This document shows positions 12,126 to 23,760 of a stretch of DNA of 64,000 nt, piece by piece. The DNA lies in contig OZ320315.1 of assembly GCA_976226885.1 (NCBI GenBank), forward strand, positions 84,320,001-84,384,000. Reading direction: 5' to 3'. Within the stretch, counting starts at the first letter, position 1, and each line of letters opens with the position of its first letter. The stretch is from Iphione sp. A-MEVVRFRX5. Its lineage: Eukaryota. The translations under genes were made by a program, and so were the position numbers. The notes below the pieces were generated by a model that worked only from the letters and a program-made list of their open reading frames with translations, searched no databases and was not told the DNA's origin.

Positions 12126-12172
12126 CTCGCCACGGCGACGTCATGTTGTCATGGCGACTTGTCACGGCAGAC
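12126..12172. promoter_or_regulatory. Tandem X-box-like array overlapping a CRE-like core
   Basis: CTCGCCACGGCGAC (12126-12139), overlapping GACGTCA, then GTTGTCATGGCGAC (12145-12158), then TTGTCACGGCAGAC. Confidence 0.5.
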
Positions 12173-13130
12173 AGGGTGCGGACGACAAAGGATGTTTTAG
12201 GGGTTGGTCGGGGTCGAGGGGCAGCATGGCGCCAGACCCACAACCTTCCCATCTGTTCTAGACGACCCGAAAATGGACCAATTTTAAGGCAGCAATTGGG
12301 GTCTACTGTTGAAAATAGCCATTGAAATGCGGGTTCATATACGAACAGCAAACATGTCGAGTTCCACAAAGGAAAACGGGCCATCGAGTAACTAGTGGCA
12401 CATCTCTCTTAAAGACGCCGGAATCATACGTCAAACGTCCTGTTAGGATCGAAATTAAGAGTTAAAATGATAAATTGCCCCCTGCCCATCCAGTACATTT
12501 GAAACAAATCGAGATAAAACTGTAAACCGTGTACCGGTTCATTGTTTGTCAAATGGGACAATGCCATTCAATGTCCTCTCCTCATGCAATGCAGGTTGGT
12601 ATCTCTAATGATCAAATATTGGATCACCTACTCAATGAAGACCACCAAGCGGTGACCTTTCAATACAATAGGGATAATGTCAGACGTGGCCTCTATGCAA
12701 ATTACATTAAACGGGGGTTGTTACTCACTGTTATACCACCAGGTAGGCTCGGCCAGCTGTGGGAAGGGATGATTCGTGTGGGTTCAGGGCCACCTACTAC
12801 CTGAACATTAAATGCATTCACCTGACGTTGCGTGATTCATAGCTCACCTATTTTGCATATGAATCGCTGGTCTTAATTCGTGACGTCGATACAATAGGAA
12901 CCAGCCACGGTTGACTTGCTGCGACATGGTGGGCCCTTGTGGCGGCTCCCGGTCTTATTATTCTGGTCGCCTTTTCAGCGGGCAGCCTTTGAGCATTTTT
13001 GCATCACAGGCGACATCTAAATGGGTCAATTTTCATTGTGTTTGGACACCGAGTTGGGCCTTGCGATGGAGTGGTGTTAAGATGAGATTGTGTCAACATT
13101 GGTCTTCTGGGCGCGGGGTATAGATCCGGC

Positions 13131-13144
13131 GCGCCACCTCGCGG
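13131..13144 (-). promoter_or_regulatory. CTCF-like motif CCGCGAGGTGGCGC
   Basis: Close match to the CTCF core consensus on the minus strand. Confidence 0.45.
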
Positions 13145-13216
13145 TGGTCGCTGGAGAGTGTATCGATCACCAGGTAGATACACAGGTAGATGCCCGGCAG
13201 CCTTCAGTACCCAGCT

Positions 13217-13217
<1 letters not shown>

Positions 13218-13247
<30 letters not shown>
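13218..13247. repeat. (CA)15 microsatellite
   Basis: Direct reading. Confidence 0.95.
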
Positions 13248-13250
<3 letters not shown>

Positions 13251-13401
13251 GGGGAATGGGGGTACACCAATACCATGTCCACATACCCTTAACGTACGCA
13301 ACTGGAGAACTCTCCAACTCTCCCTCGTAAATAAACGTGCCATTCTACGTCTGGTCACGGCACAACGACCAGGCGCCCCCTCCCTACCTCTGACAACTTA
13401 C

Positions 13402-13482
13402 CTTACTCTGCTTTAATAAGATGCTGCAGCGAGCGAAAGGTGGGCTTCCATGAGCGTTCCGTCCATCTCCTACATTAGCCAT
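13402..13482 (-). CDS. Candidate alternative first exon (MANVGDGRNAHGSPPFARCSILLKQSK)
   Basis: An ATG in GCCATGG context is open to the consensus donor AAG|GTAAGT (phase 0). A second donor AGA|GTAAGG 5 nt earlier would give phase 1. No homology recognised. Confidence 0.2.
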
Positions 13483-13683
13483 GGCTTTCTCGAAGTTAAC
13501 TCCTTTTCACTGTGGAAGGCAATTTGCGAAAGGCAAACGCCAGCGTTGGGCGCGGTCATTTTCTACCTGCTGCTGGCATTGGTTGTGTTTGCAACCTGTG
13601 AGGCTCAAGCCAATGCCGCTCAGCAGGTCAACAACTGGAGTAACTCACCACCACGCGCGGGAGCTACTACTGCTCCTCTCCTA

Positions 13684-13704
13684 CTGCTGCTGCTGCTGCT
13701 GCTG
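13684..13704. repeat. (CTG)7 trinucleotide repeat
   Basis: Direct reading. It accounts for the poly-Leu and poly-Cys stretches in ORFs 13450-13776 and 13481-13909. Confidence 0.95.
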
Positions 13705-16700
13705 CACGTACTACAGGTGCTACTGCCACAGATTCTACAAAATAGTTACGATTGCATTGTTCCTAATGTTAGATAATAGTGGCGCCACGTGTAGTATTTT
13801 TCATAACAAGAACAAGGGTCCCGGGGCTTTCATGTTTGTAATATTTCGGATGGCGCCTTATTTTGGTGACAAGCATCTTAATTGGTTGCATCGTGCTGGT
13901 TTTAATTAATCGTGTATTTATTTCGGCGCCCGAATTAATTCTGTAACTCCTTCAAACCCATGACCAGCTGTCGACATCGATTAGGTTTGCAGCTTATTAA
14001 ATGAACAACATACCTGGATAATGTTTAAAAGCCGATGATGATTATATGTCTGCGATTCCAATTCTAGCTGCTGGTATAATTAATCATATGAATGCTCAAC
14101 GGACAACCAGCGTACCCTTCCGAATATAACATATGCCGGCTATCCTGTTTGATACGCTCGAGTCAAGAAAATCCCTTCTCCAAGTATGCTTTTTTTCCCC
14201 ATCAAGCGTAATGAAGCAAGCGGGCGTACACGTTCTTAACTATTCATTTTTCACCAACAGACTGTCTTAGAAGTTGTAATGACCGTCTACGGGCTTCTTG
14301 AAGGTAGAGCTATTAGGCTTAATTGGATAAACTAATGGAATACTGACATATAAATGGATAGATCTAATCAGCCACCAATAGTGCTTGGGGATTTTTTTCC
14401 GTATGGGCGAATGAGAACGGAACAAAATTGAATCTACTTCGAGTGCAATGATTCTATACGTACCAATCGAGAACATAATTCTATTAACTGATGTGAAATA
14501 TACGTCTTGCAGATTTAAAAAAAACGCACAGCATTAAAGTAAAACAAACAATTAGATATGCATGTACTGGACATGTTCTTCGCTGTGTGTAAAACCAATA
14601 TGAAATACATATGTATGCTGTATTATTGATATACCCTCACCTCGCACGACATCAATGTAATGAAGACAAACTTCGTCCCAAACTGACTTCGTAAATTATG
14701 AATTCTATGCATGCAGCTGTTCTCCTGGGGAAAAAATGGTCCTTGCTTAGCCTGGCGTCCATTCTGGTCTGGATCAACTGACGGCCTAATCACGAATTAT
14801 CAACTGTAGGCATCGTGGCTGTCCAATCGCAATGGCCAAAGGCAGTCTCCCACCAAACAAGCCTTTTATCTCTTGGTCCGGTGGAGTTGTTATCTCGTCG
14901 TGGCAGTTTTTTTGTCTTTATCACTTTTATAATTAACACCCTTCGATAGGATCACTCATAATAACTTCATCGGCTGCAAGATCAGATAAGATGCTCCCCG
15001 CCGGCAAGGCAATCTAACTTGTGCAAACTAGACCCAGGAGCAGGCTGCTGGATGTGATGGTGTTGGCTGAAAACGGAGGCTCTACATTTCCCGTCAGGTT
15101 CTCTATAAGCCTCGCCCAGCGTGCAGACTTGTATTTTGTCCGCCAATTTGACAGGTAGCAACAGTGATACTTGTTTTCGCTGAGGCCGGCACGCACCAAA
15201 GCAAAACTTGTACACAGAAAATATTACTCATGCCGTTACATGGAATCAGACGGGATCTTATGTGAGTTTGTCTGGACTGTTCCTTTGTAAAAACTCGGAG
15301 GAGAGTCTCGACTTTCAATCTGCAACAGGGAAATGAATTCATAAAACTAGGAAAATGTGACCGTAGGAGGAACGTCCCTTAAATCTGCCTATATTATTAA
15401 TGATACGGTGTACTTTACAGTAATGTTCACGATGAACTCCGCTTCATGCGTCATTTTCGCTTCAGCTGCAGCATTTATGTTGTTGCACAGCTGCATTCCA
15501 CCATACACATCCAGACTAGAATTAACAGAGTGTCGATATCAAAGGACTCAGTAAAAGGGCCCCGAATGACTCACAAATCGTTTGATATTGACGCATGCCT
15601 TTTGTCTAGCCTCAAAAACAATATGTACCATCTCTATCCCCTGTTAATGTCGTAAGTAGACGATAGATTTTTTTTCTTCTCCAATGGGCGACGAAACCAG
15701 CATTTGCTGCGGAGTCCATGCATGTATGACTCAACGACTTTTATTCCCCATCTCCCGATCACCTCATCTTCTTCCCTCATTTCTCCTCCAAGAAGATCCT
15801 TGCCTTCAGGATGCCTGTATACCAATCGCAGGGGCAATGTAAGAGAAAGTAGAGCACTGACACTGCCCCGTTTGTGGGAAGGATCGGTGGTTTGACGGAG
15901 GAACCGCAGCAAAGTGAAAGGGGAGGGAGGGGGGTCGCTGAGCACGCAGAAGAAGATATGGAGAGCGACCGAGGTCACCAATCCACCTGGCTCAAGACAA
16001 ACACCCCCCGGACGTCATCAACGGCACGGCCCGCCGAGCAAAGAACAGGCACCGCCAGCTGGTGGCAGCCCGGTGAACCAAACAGCACGGCACCCATCCC
16101 TTCCGTCTTGTCACCTCCCCCTCCCACCGCAACACCTCTACTGCCATGCTCAAACAATCCCCTCTCCGCTCTTGCCGTCTTTTTTTTTATAGCTGCCAGT
16201 CACTCAACCTTGTTAGTTTGAAAAGAACTGGCTATTACCAGAGTGCAAAAGTAAATTTAAGCAGTAATTGTCAAGTTTTGTAATTGCTGCGCTCAATTTA
16301 CTTTAACTGAATCATTTCCTCAACATATGCATTTCCAGAAGGGGATTTTAATTGGTACTTATTTCCAATGGAAACAAGAAGAACTTTTGACATGTTCACT
16401 TATTGTTATCATATGCTGTGTTTTTGTGGACTTAGAAAGTTGGAAACATAATTTATGGCCATCCTGAACGGCCTCGGAGACCCATGCGTTTCCGTGATTC
16501 ATTGTCGCCCCCTGTCTGGAGACAGCTAAACTAAGTGTAATCTATCGAGTGACTCAAGCTTTTAATGCGGCTGGAGGATGTTCAGGATGAACTGTAGGCG
16601 CAGCCGGCTTCTTGAAAGAGAAGCATATCAGTGGACTCTATTTAAAAAGCCCAAATGTTACTAGTAGTGGTTTTAAGATAGGCATCAGAAGATCGGCAGA

Positions 16701-18380
16701 TACCCGGGGTTATTCTGGGTGAAAAAAAAAACATTGCAAGGCACAAACCAGCGCTGCCGGCCGACCATCTTCCAGAGTAAATTAGGCATGACCAAATTAT
16801 AAGTATTTGATAAGACGTCCTACCCCAAATCCCATCATTTGTGGTCGGTGTCTACTAATGACAAGCCGTAAACTTTTGCCAGGTGTGGCAAAACTGACAG
16901 AGACGTCAATCATTAAAAAGCTGGCCTCTATAAACCGTGAATACCCCATGCAGACTGGCGAGGTATTCACGTTTTTTGGGGGGTGCAGTCTCATTCAGTG
17001 GTTATCTATGCGGGAGTGGTTTACCTTGTATGACCACTGGTTCAGACTTTTCATACATAGATAGAAATCTATAGGAAACTAATGGAATCCGAGACAATAA
17101 AAACGTTGACAAACAGGTAAGCACGCATGTTCTTAAACTCTCTCAGCGCTATTCTGGAGGCTTCGACAAGCCAGAAGAAATGGCGATTTTTGCAGATTAT
17201 TCTTCCTCTATATACATACAATTGTCTCTGTCCATAGACGCTTAATTTGGAATTTCTCTGGTGGATCTATTCCAAACAGAAATATGTATACACAAAAACT
17301 AGATAGCTTTCAACATATATCTTGACTGCCTGGAGAAGCTATTTCCTGTGACAGGCATTATGTACGATTTGCATCTTGATACACATAGTTCATTGTCATG
17401 GGAGACACAAATGATTTGGAAAATTGGGCATCATTACCTTCAATCTTCGTATTACTGGGGACAGCACCACAAAAACGTCAGTTATGTTTCCCACAATTAA
17501 CATATGGCAACATTTATAAGTCTCTAATACCTATGTATGATAAGGAGAGTTTATCCTTCTCTTTGGTAAGCTGCACAAATAGGCTATGGATACGTCCCGA
17601 CTTGTTGCATCTTGAGTGTTGATCGTGAATTGCCTGGATACAGCTAGCTGTCACTATGGGATCAAGAGAGGTACTCGCTCCCTTTACCTTACAGATTACA
17701 CCAACACTTGGGGCCACCTCTTGGGCAGATGCTTAGCGACTACTCGCCAGCGTGAAGAGGTATTACCCAAACGCTTCATCCCTGACTGATCCAGATTAAG
17801 CTGATAACAGTGAGTTGTTGATCAGATTTGCGCGCCTGGCGATAAACTGTTTCGTGCCGACTGGCGCCTACCGTTTGTCAGCTGAGGCCAAACGTCGCTG
17901 TTTTCGCGATATGGCTGGCACGTTGTTGATCTGATCAGGCCCTACATCTATTGTTAGACTGGTCCGGTTTAAAAATCCCGACGACCTGACGTCGCTGCGG
18001 GAGACCACACCGAAAAAGATATTAAGTCAATATGTCATTTCACTGTGGTAAACCTGATCCGAACCACAGACCTGGCGACCTCGGAGATAGGAATGTTAAT
18101 GCTAACATTAGATCTCGAAAAGTTTCAATTTCAGCGATCGCAGTCAGTATGTTCTGTTCGGTCTCCCAGAGACTTAGCTACCTTTCTTACTTTGTGTAAA
18201 TATACACGAAGAGTAAAGATGGTGATGCTGGAAGAAACTGGTTATAATTTGTCATTAAAGTTCAGGTATGGAAATCTCTCCTATTCGCTAAAGAGATCAT
18301 GTCTTGTGAGAATCACCTTTCCTGCTACGACGTGGGCTCTGATGAATGACCAGCCTAACTAGACTTGCCGGCCACCACGG

Positions 18381-18470
18381 CACCTGCGATTGTCGGCCTC
18401 AGGTGGTTTAGCAGGTCAGGTGGGAGTCTCACCTGACAGGTGATTAGCATCAATAGACTCAGCACACCTG
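18381..18470. promoter_or_regulatory. Homotypic cluster of six CAGGTG/CACCTG E-boxes
   Basis: Sites at 18381, 18400, 18417, 18430, 18437 and 18465. Confidence 0.55.
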
Positions 18471-18953
18471 GGCGCCGACGAAGGGCAATGGACTAGGGAG
18501 TGTGCTGTGCCGACGTCCAAGTCAGCTGTGGATCGCCTGTCAGTCTGTACCTCCAACTTATACAGTTTGTTCACTCCGCATACTCGGGGTATATATATAT
18601 GGTTTGTTCCACACAAGCGAGGGCGTTGGGAGAAACACCTATTACGCAGGGATAGGGAGGTGGGTATGTGGGAAGGTCATTGTGAATGCCACGATCACAA
18701 ATAGTACATACTTGAGACTTTCGTCACACTTCTCCTACAAGCAAGGTGAAATTCCCTTGAATACTGCATGACAGAACGTGCGAAGATACGAACAAAATAT
18801 CGAAAGGATATTAAGACAATTCACTGGTCTTGGCTTTATATGTAGACTGCCTTAAAAACTCAAGATACAATACAAAAGTAATAATCAATTTGTACTGCTA
18901 CAATAATAAAGACCACTCTCTAAAAGAATCTACCTGGATGCTTAGATACTTAC

Positions 18954-19000
18954 CTTCACTACACGAGATGGGAGTTCTTTCCTGGTGATTTACAAAGGTT
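18954..19000 (-). other. Candidate 47-nt internal micro-exon
   Basis: gtcatttcag|AACCTTTG...GTGAAG|gtaagt. The donor is strong and the acceptor moderate. One frame is open (TFVNHQERTPISCSE). Confidence 0.25.
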
Positions 19001-19239
19001 CTGAAATGACGTACTCTCAAATAATATTCTTCTGTGGTTATCTAGTGCACACCACTGGCACCTATGTATCAGACGGTTGAATTATGAACAGGTGATGTGC
19101 CACTCTATTCAGATGTTCTTTTGATCCCCCATTAAACTTCCTGCTCACAGCCCAGTAGTCTGGATTCCTGCGGTGAAGCTCTGGCCACGACTGAATGTCA
19201 CTCTACGAGGGGCACCCACTATACGACCAGTGGTAAACG

Positions 19240-19247
19240 TGACGTCA
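19240..19247. promoter_or_regulatory. Full CRE palindrome TGACGTCA
   Basis: Direct reading, in a locally GC-rich segment. Confidence 0.35.
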
Positions 19248-21547
19248 GCAGCCCACCTGGTCGGCCTCGGTGCCCAGGCGGATGCTTTGAAGTACCGCCA
19301 CCTCCCCCTATATCGTGGGGTGTTTTGACTAGGGATATCTATGGTAATTATGTCCACACGTGATCGTAAGGGGGGGGGGGGTTAGCGTTTGACCAGTGTT
19401 AAGGAAGGATGTGTATAGGAGGCGCTGTGTGGTAAGCCCTGATCTCCTGAACTTCTCAACCTAATGGTTCTTTATTAAGGTATTTAAATGCGGCGTCCGG
19501 TGAGAAAGCGGCGCCGTTTAAGTGCCTTTTGTCACTGAATAAAGCAGGACCTGCTCTCCAAATTAAATCGACTTTTAGTAGGACGTGACCGTGAAGTGGC
19601 AAAAGATACCGGTGCAAACCAAACCTAACCAGTTTCATCCACTGCCCTGACCATATCAATTCTCTCTGTTCAATTATTCTATTACCTCTATTATTTAGGC
19701 CCTATACCATTCTATGACTCTACTTTCACATCTCCCATGGGTCACCCTGCTGGATTAAGCTGCTGAATCAAGATGGGATGAGTAATAATTCTATATTACA
19801 TAAGAACATGGTTACCAAGCTACCGAGAAGCTTATGCTTTTCAGACGATATGAGTCATTATGTTTATTCTCCTCGCTTCTCTAGAGAGGAAGAATGTTTT
19901 AGGGGTACAATAACGTAAATATTATAAAGTTTTAAAAAACCCAAACATTGGTGGATTTCCATTGGTAGATTTCGAAGGTAATACGGCGTTTTCACTTGCT
20001 GCCAATCAATTTGCGATTTTAATATATAAGGGTTAAATTCACGGGATGGGTTTAGAGGCGTTTCGGAGTACAACAGCAAGGGTTACGTTAGGGAGGGCCA
20101 TATGTAACCTTACCTAACCTGTCGAGCTACTCATAGCACATTCATCGATCACTCAGTCACGCTACCTGTCGAACAGGTATGCAATCATTAACTTACTATG
20201 CATTCAAGCATTGTCCGCGACGAGCCACAGTCAGCCTGCCATTCGGTGAATGCTCGGTGTCGCTTTCATTCAGCTGATCAGTTACAAGTCACCCATTTAA
20301 AGCACTCTATAGGTCCAATCGTCTAAACTAAGGCGCACAATTAATTGAACGCACTAAGAGGAGACTATGTTGATTTCAGTCACTGTCTAAATTTACACAC
20401 TTTCAAATATAACGTCTTTGTTTCCACTTATAGATTTCAGTCTATTTTTTCTCCTACCGCGAGCTCCACGAAAAACATTCACGCATGGCACTCACCTGCA
20501 AGGGAACAAAGAAAACACCTTTTAAAATTTCACACGCAGATATTACGCATACATAAATACATTTATATGTATACAAGGTATATATTTTAGGAGACACTAT
20601 GTTTACTTTGGCGTTGGTTAACATTATACATTTGCCTGATGGGAAACACCGGAGGGCAGATGGGGAATTTTTAATATTGCCGTCTTGTCGCAGCGAAAGG
20701 CCGTCAATGTATTCGTCATTGGTTTTTGTTTTGTATGATGGATCACCATTAGAGCAGGACATCCATCACGGCGACGCAAACGCTCTCCCCAACTTCACTG
20801 AACACTTGTCTCAGGTGCAACGCATTACTGGAACGGCATTCCTACAGAACCTTCCTGGGATGCAGACAGATACACGGACAGTGCTGTGGGAACAACCTAT
20901 GTCCGATCAATCATAACCCATAAAGGAATAACAGAGAGGCCAGAAATGACAGACGACGAGGGAACTAGACACTTGGCACTTAGAATCTGCCCAAACAAAA
21001 GCGCTTGAGCCAGTGCGAGATCTCTTTTTTTCGATCAATGGGTCTTCTTGGTTGTCATCTCCTTTTCACTGTCCTGTCAGCGTTTGTGAAAAAGATAATT
21101 GATAGCCATCATAAATCTTTTTATATGCACATTCCTGTCAGTTAAACTATGAAGAATCTCAAACAACTATTAAAGCAACGGATTTTAAACCTCTCTTCAT
21201 GTATCCTTTAATATTACTCGGCAAACTACATGTACTACCCAGTAGTCTATGTAAGTCTATGTAGTGTACAGAAATTCAAAATGCATAAATAGACAATCAA
21301 GCCATTTAATAGCATAAACCATCTCAACGTTGTATGCATCAGGAGTTAGCAGGTCAAGTCCGACTGACTCGGACCTACGCACAACGTTTTCCTTTCAACC
21401 TGACCTTTAGGGAGACCTATCAGCGAGGGAACTTTGACTGTAGCCTCCACTCTTTTACACGTTACATTTTCTTTTCGTCTGATTTTTTTTCTACACTTAA
21501 GTACCTCTGGGAGCCGGTTACTGTTTACCAGACATTTGGACCCAGAC

Positions 21548-21900
21548 CACGTGGGGGCGACCAGGGTGGTGAATGAGCCCAAAATGTTACCATGGAAACC
21601 TTAGAGGAAGGGGAAGGGCCTCGGTTAGTGTTGTGAATCCTATCTGGCCGCCCCAGACTTCCTCCGCGGGGTGTTGGCTGCCGACTCGTTTGGTTGCCAT
21701 CAGGCTGTGCTGGAGGAAATGAACAAACGGTGAGTCTAGGGCAATGAGAGTGGTCAGGAAGGTACTTGACGCACTGCAGGGACACAACCAGCCCGGGGGT
21801 CGATGATGAAGTGTGATTGACACCAGCATCCCGGGCTGTTCATGCCTTCGTCTGGACGGCACCACGTTGGCTGACAGACGTCGTCATGTAATTGACGTCA
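21548..21900. promoter_or_regulatory. Cis-regulatory module: E-box CCACGTGG, X-box GTTACCATGGAAAC (21586-21599), CRE TGACGTCA (21893-21900)
   Basis: Three motifs within about 350 bp of GC-rich sequence. Confidence 0.45.
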
Positions 21901-23469
21901 TTTGACAGAGGAGATGACAGCCACAGAAGTATAACAACCCAAACAAGATGATGTTTTCCTGAATTACTGTGTGGGAGAGAATGGTTCATATCTCACTGTT
22001 ATATCTATTCGATGTTTACGATATGTTTGCTGTGAAGCACGAAGTAGAACAAAGACGTTGTAGGGATAAGGAAACGCATTTGTAAGGCACTGGTGGGGAG
22101 TGACATTTTGATTGTACCAGCCAAAGGTTCTGTCACGGAGGCCCTGCCAGACCAGCAGCGGCCAGCTTTCTAGGACACAATGGTCATGTCTGCCCAACGT
22201 CAGGCTACGTCGCCAACCTTGACTGATGATTCAAATTACAAGAATCTTGATGACTGTTGGCATTACGGTTGTGTGCAAATGTATTGTGAATCCCGTGTGT
22301 CTGTGTGTTTGTGTGAATCTCTGTCTGTGTATTACGATGATGTATGAGGGCATATCAGAGTTCGTTGTGGTCATCTTTCAGCACCGTACCACCTCCTCCA
22401 ACCTGACAACAACACCGCATCCCTCAATAACAGGCGACGAGACGGATCAGGACCATTTTGTGGTCTGAAAATAACCAATTGGACTGGTAGCAGATTATTT
22501 CATCTAACGAGCGCTCCCCGCAAGATGACATTTCTTGGAACACCACTCCTTTCGAAACCGCAGTGGAGGTAATGCTTTCAAACACAGCCCACTGACAGGC
22601 TGAGGGGTAAGCAAAGGTCATTATAGGTCAGGGGCAGTCTCCTGGAGCCGTGTTTTAAGTAATGGGGTGTCTGGATGTCATAAATGAAATGGATGGGCAG
22701 CCGGGGTAAGGTGCATACGCTACGCCTTCTGGAGGCGAGATCGCCACACTAATCATTTATCTCCTTCACCGATATGCCACCTGTTCCAAGCAAATTTCCG
22801 GTACACTTTAGGAGTGCGAGGTGTAATCGGCAGTAATGGAAACTGGACCGAAATCCGGTATTATGTTTCAAAAAGGATACGGCTAGCGTGCAGGGTGGCT
22901 GTCAGTGTCAACTATTAAACACAGAACCAAACCACACTCTAACCTATGGCGGTATGGTTTGGACTTTTTAAGTTAAATTCAGGGACATAAACGTGATTAA
23001 ATCACATATGTCATTTTAATAGCTCCCGCCTGTTCCTTACACGGATAAACTAGCACAGCATAGACATCTGTTTGCATGTGTGGTGGAGATATGCTTCGTG
23101 TGAAAAGTTGAGAACTTGATGCTATTGCTGAGGATAAAATAGACGTTTGAAAGATTAATGAACGTTGCTTTGTGTCTGGATTGTGACTGCTTCCGGAAGA
23201 TCAATGGTTCAAGCGGGGCTAAAAAAGATCACGGGGAACCTTATGGACCACATCATGAATACTGAACCCCGACCTATAGTGGATCAGGTGGCACCGCTGT
23301 GGTATGCAGTTCCTGGTCTGATGCATATGTATATCGGCCTCTCTGCCTTTGCTCCGTGGTCCTGGGCTGGACACCCCCCCCCCCCGCCCCCGCGCTCCAT
23401 GTTGGCAGTTCTGTTGGGTGAAATCCACCCAGAAAAGATCGGCCCCCTGCAGGCCGGAATAGCCTTTAC

Positions 23470-23760
23470 CTGGCGCAGGCTTATTAAGATCAAAGAGCCG
23501 ACGACACCTGGTGATGACTGATCGTCGCTCGCCGGGGCAGGGGTCACGGTCCGCCGAGGGCTACCCAGAGCGCCTCTACATCGCCTGCACCCGCTGTCGG
23601 TGGGTCGCCATGGTTACCTACTGGTGTGGGTCACCATGGTAACTCACAGGATCCTGAGGCACGTCCGGTTTTTGGCCATCGTGTGTGTATATACAAGGTC
23701 CAATAAATTCATATCGTATTTTAAGCTTTAGAACGGATAATTCTGGTTCCCTAGTAACTG
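23470..23760 (-). promoter_or_regulatory. Candidate promoter and non-coding first exon with three X-boxes
   Basis: GTCGCCATGGTTAC (23604-23617), GTCACCATGGTAAC (23630-23643) and GTTCCCTAGTAAC (23746-23758). Downstream on the minus strand, a CpG-rich segment ends at the donor CCAG|GTAAAG (23470). Confidence 0.5.

Noticed and set aside
13450-13909. ORFs with hydrophobic poly-Leu or poly-Cys stretches resembling a signal peptide
   Set aside because: Produced by the (CTG)7 repeat, with no splice or homology support.
14008-14035. Weaker minus-strand CAG|GTATGT junction as a third RS-site
   Set aside because: Short pyrimidine tract and no strong downstream donor to define an RS-exon.
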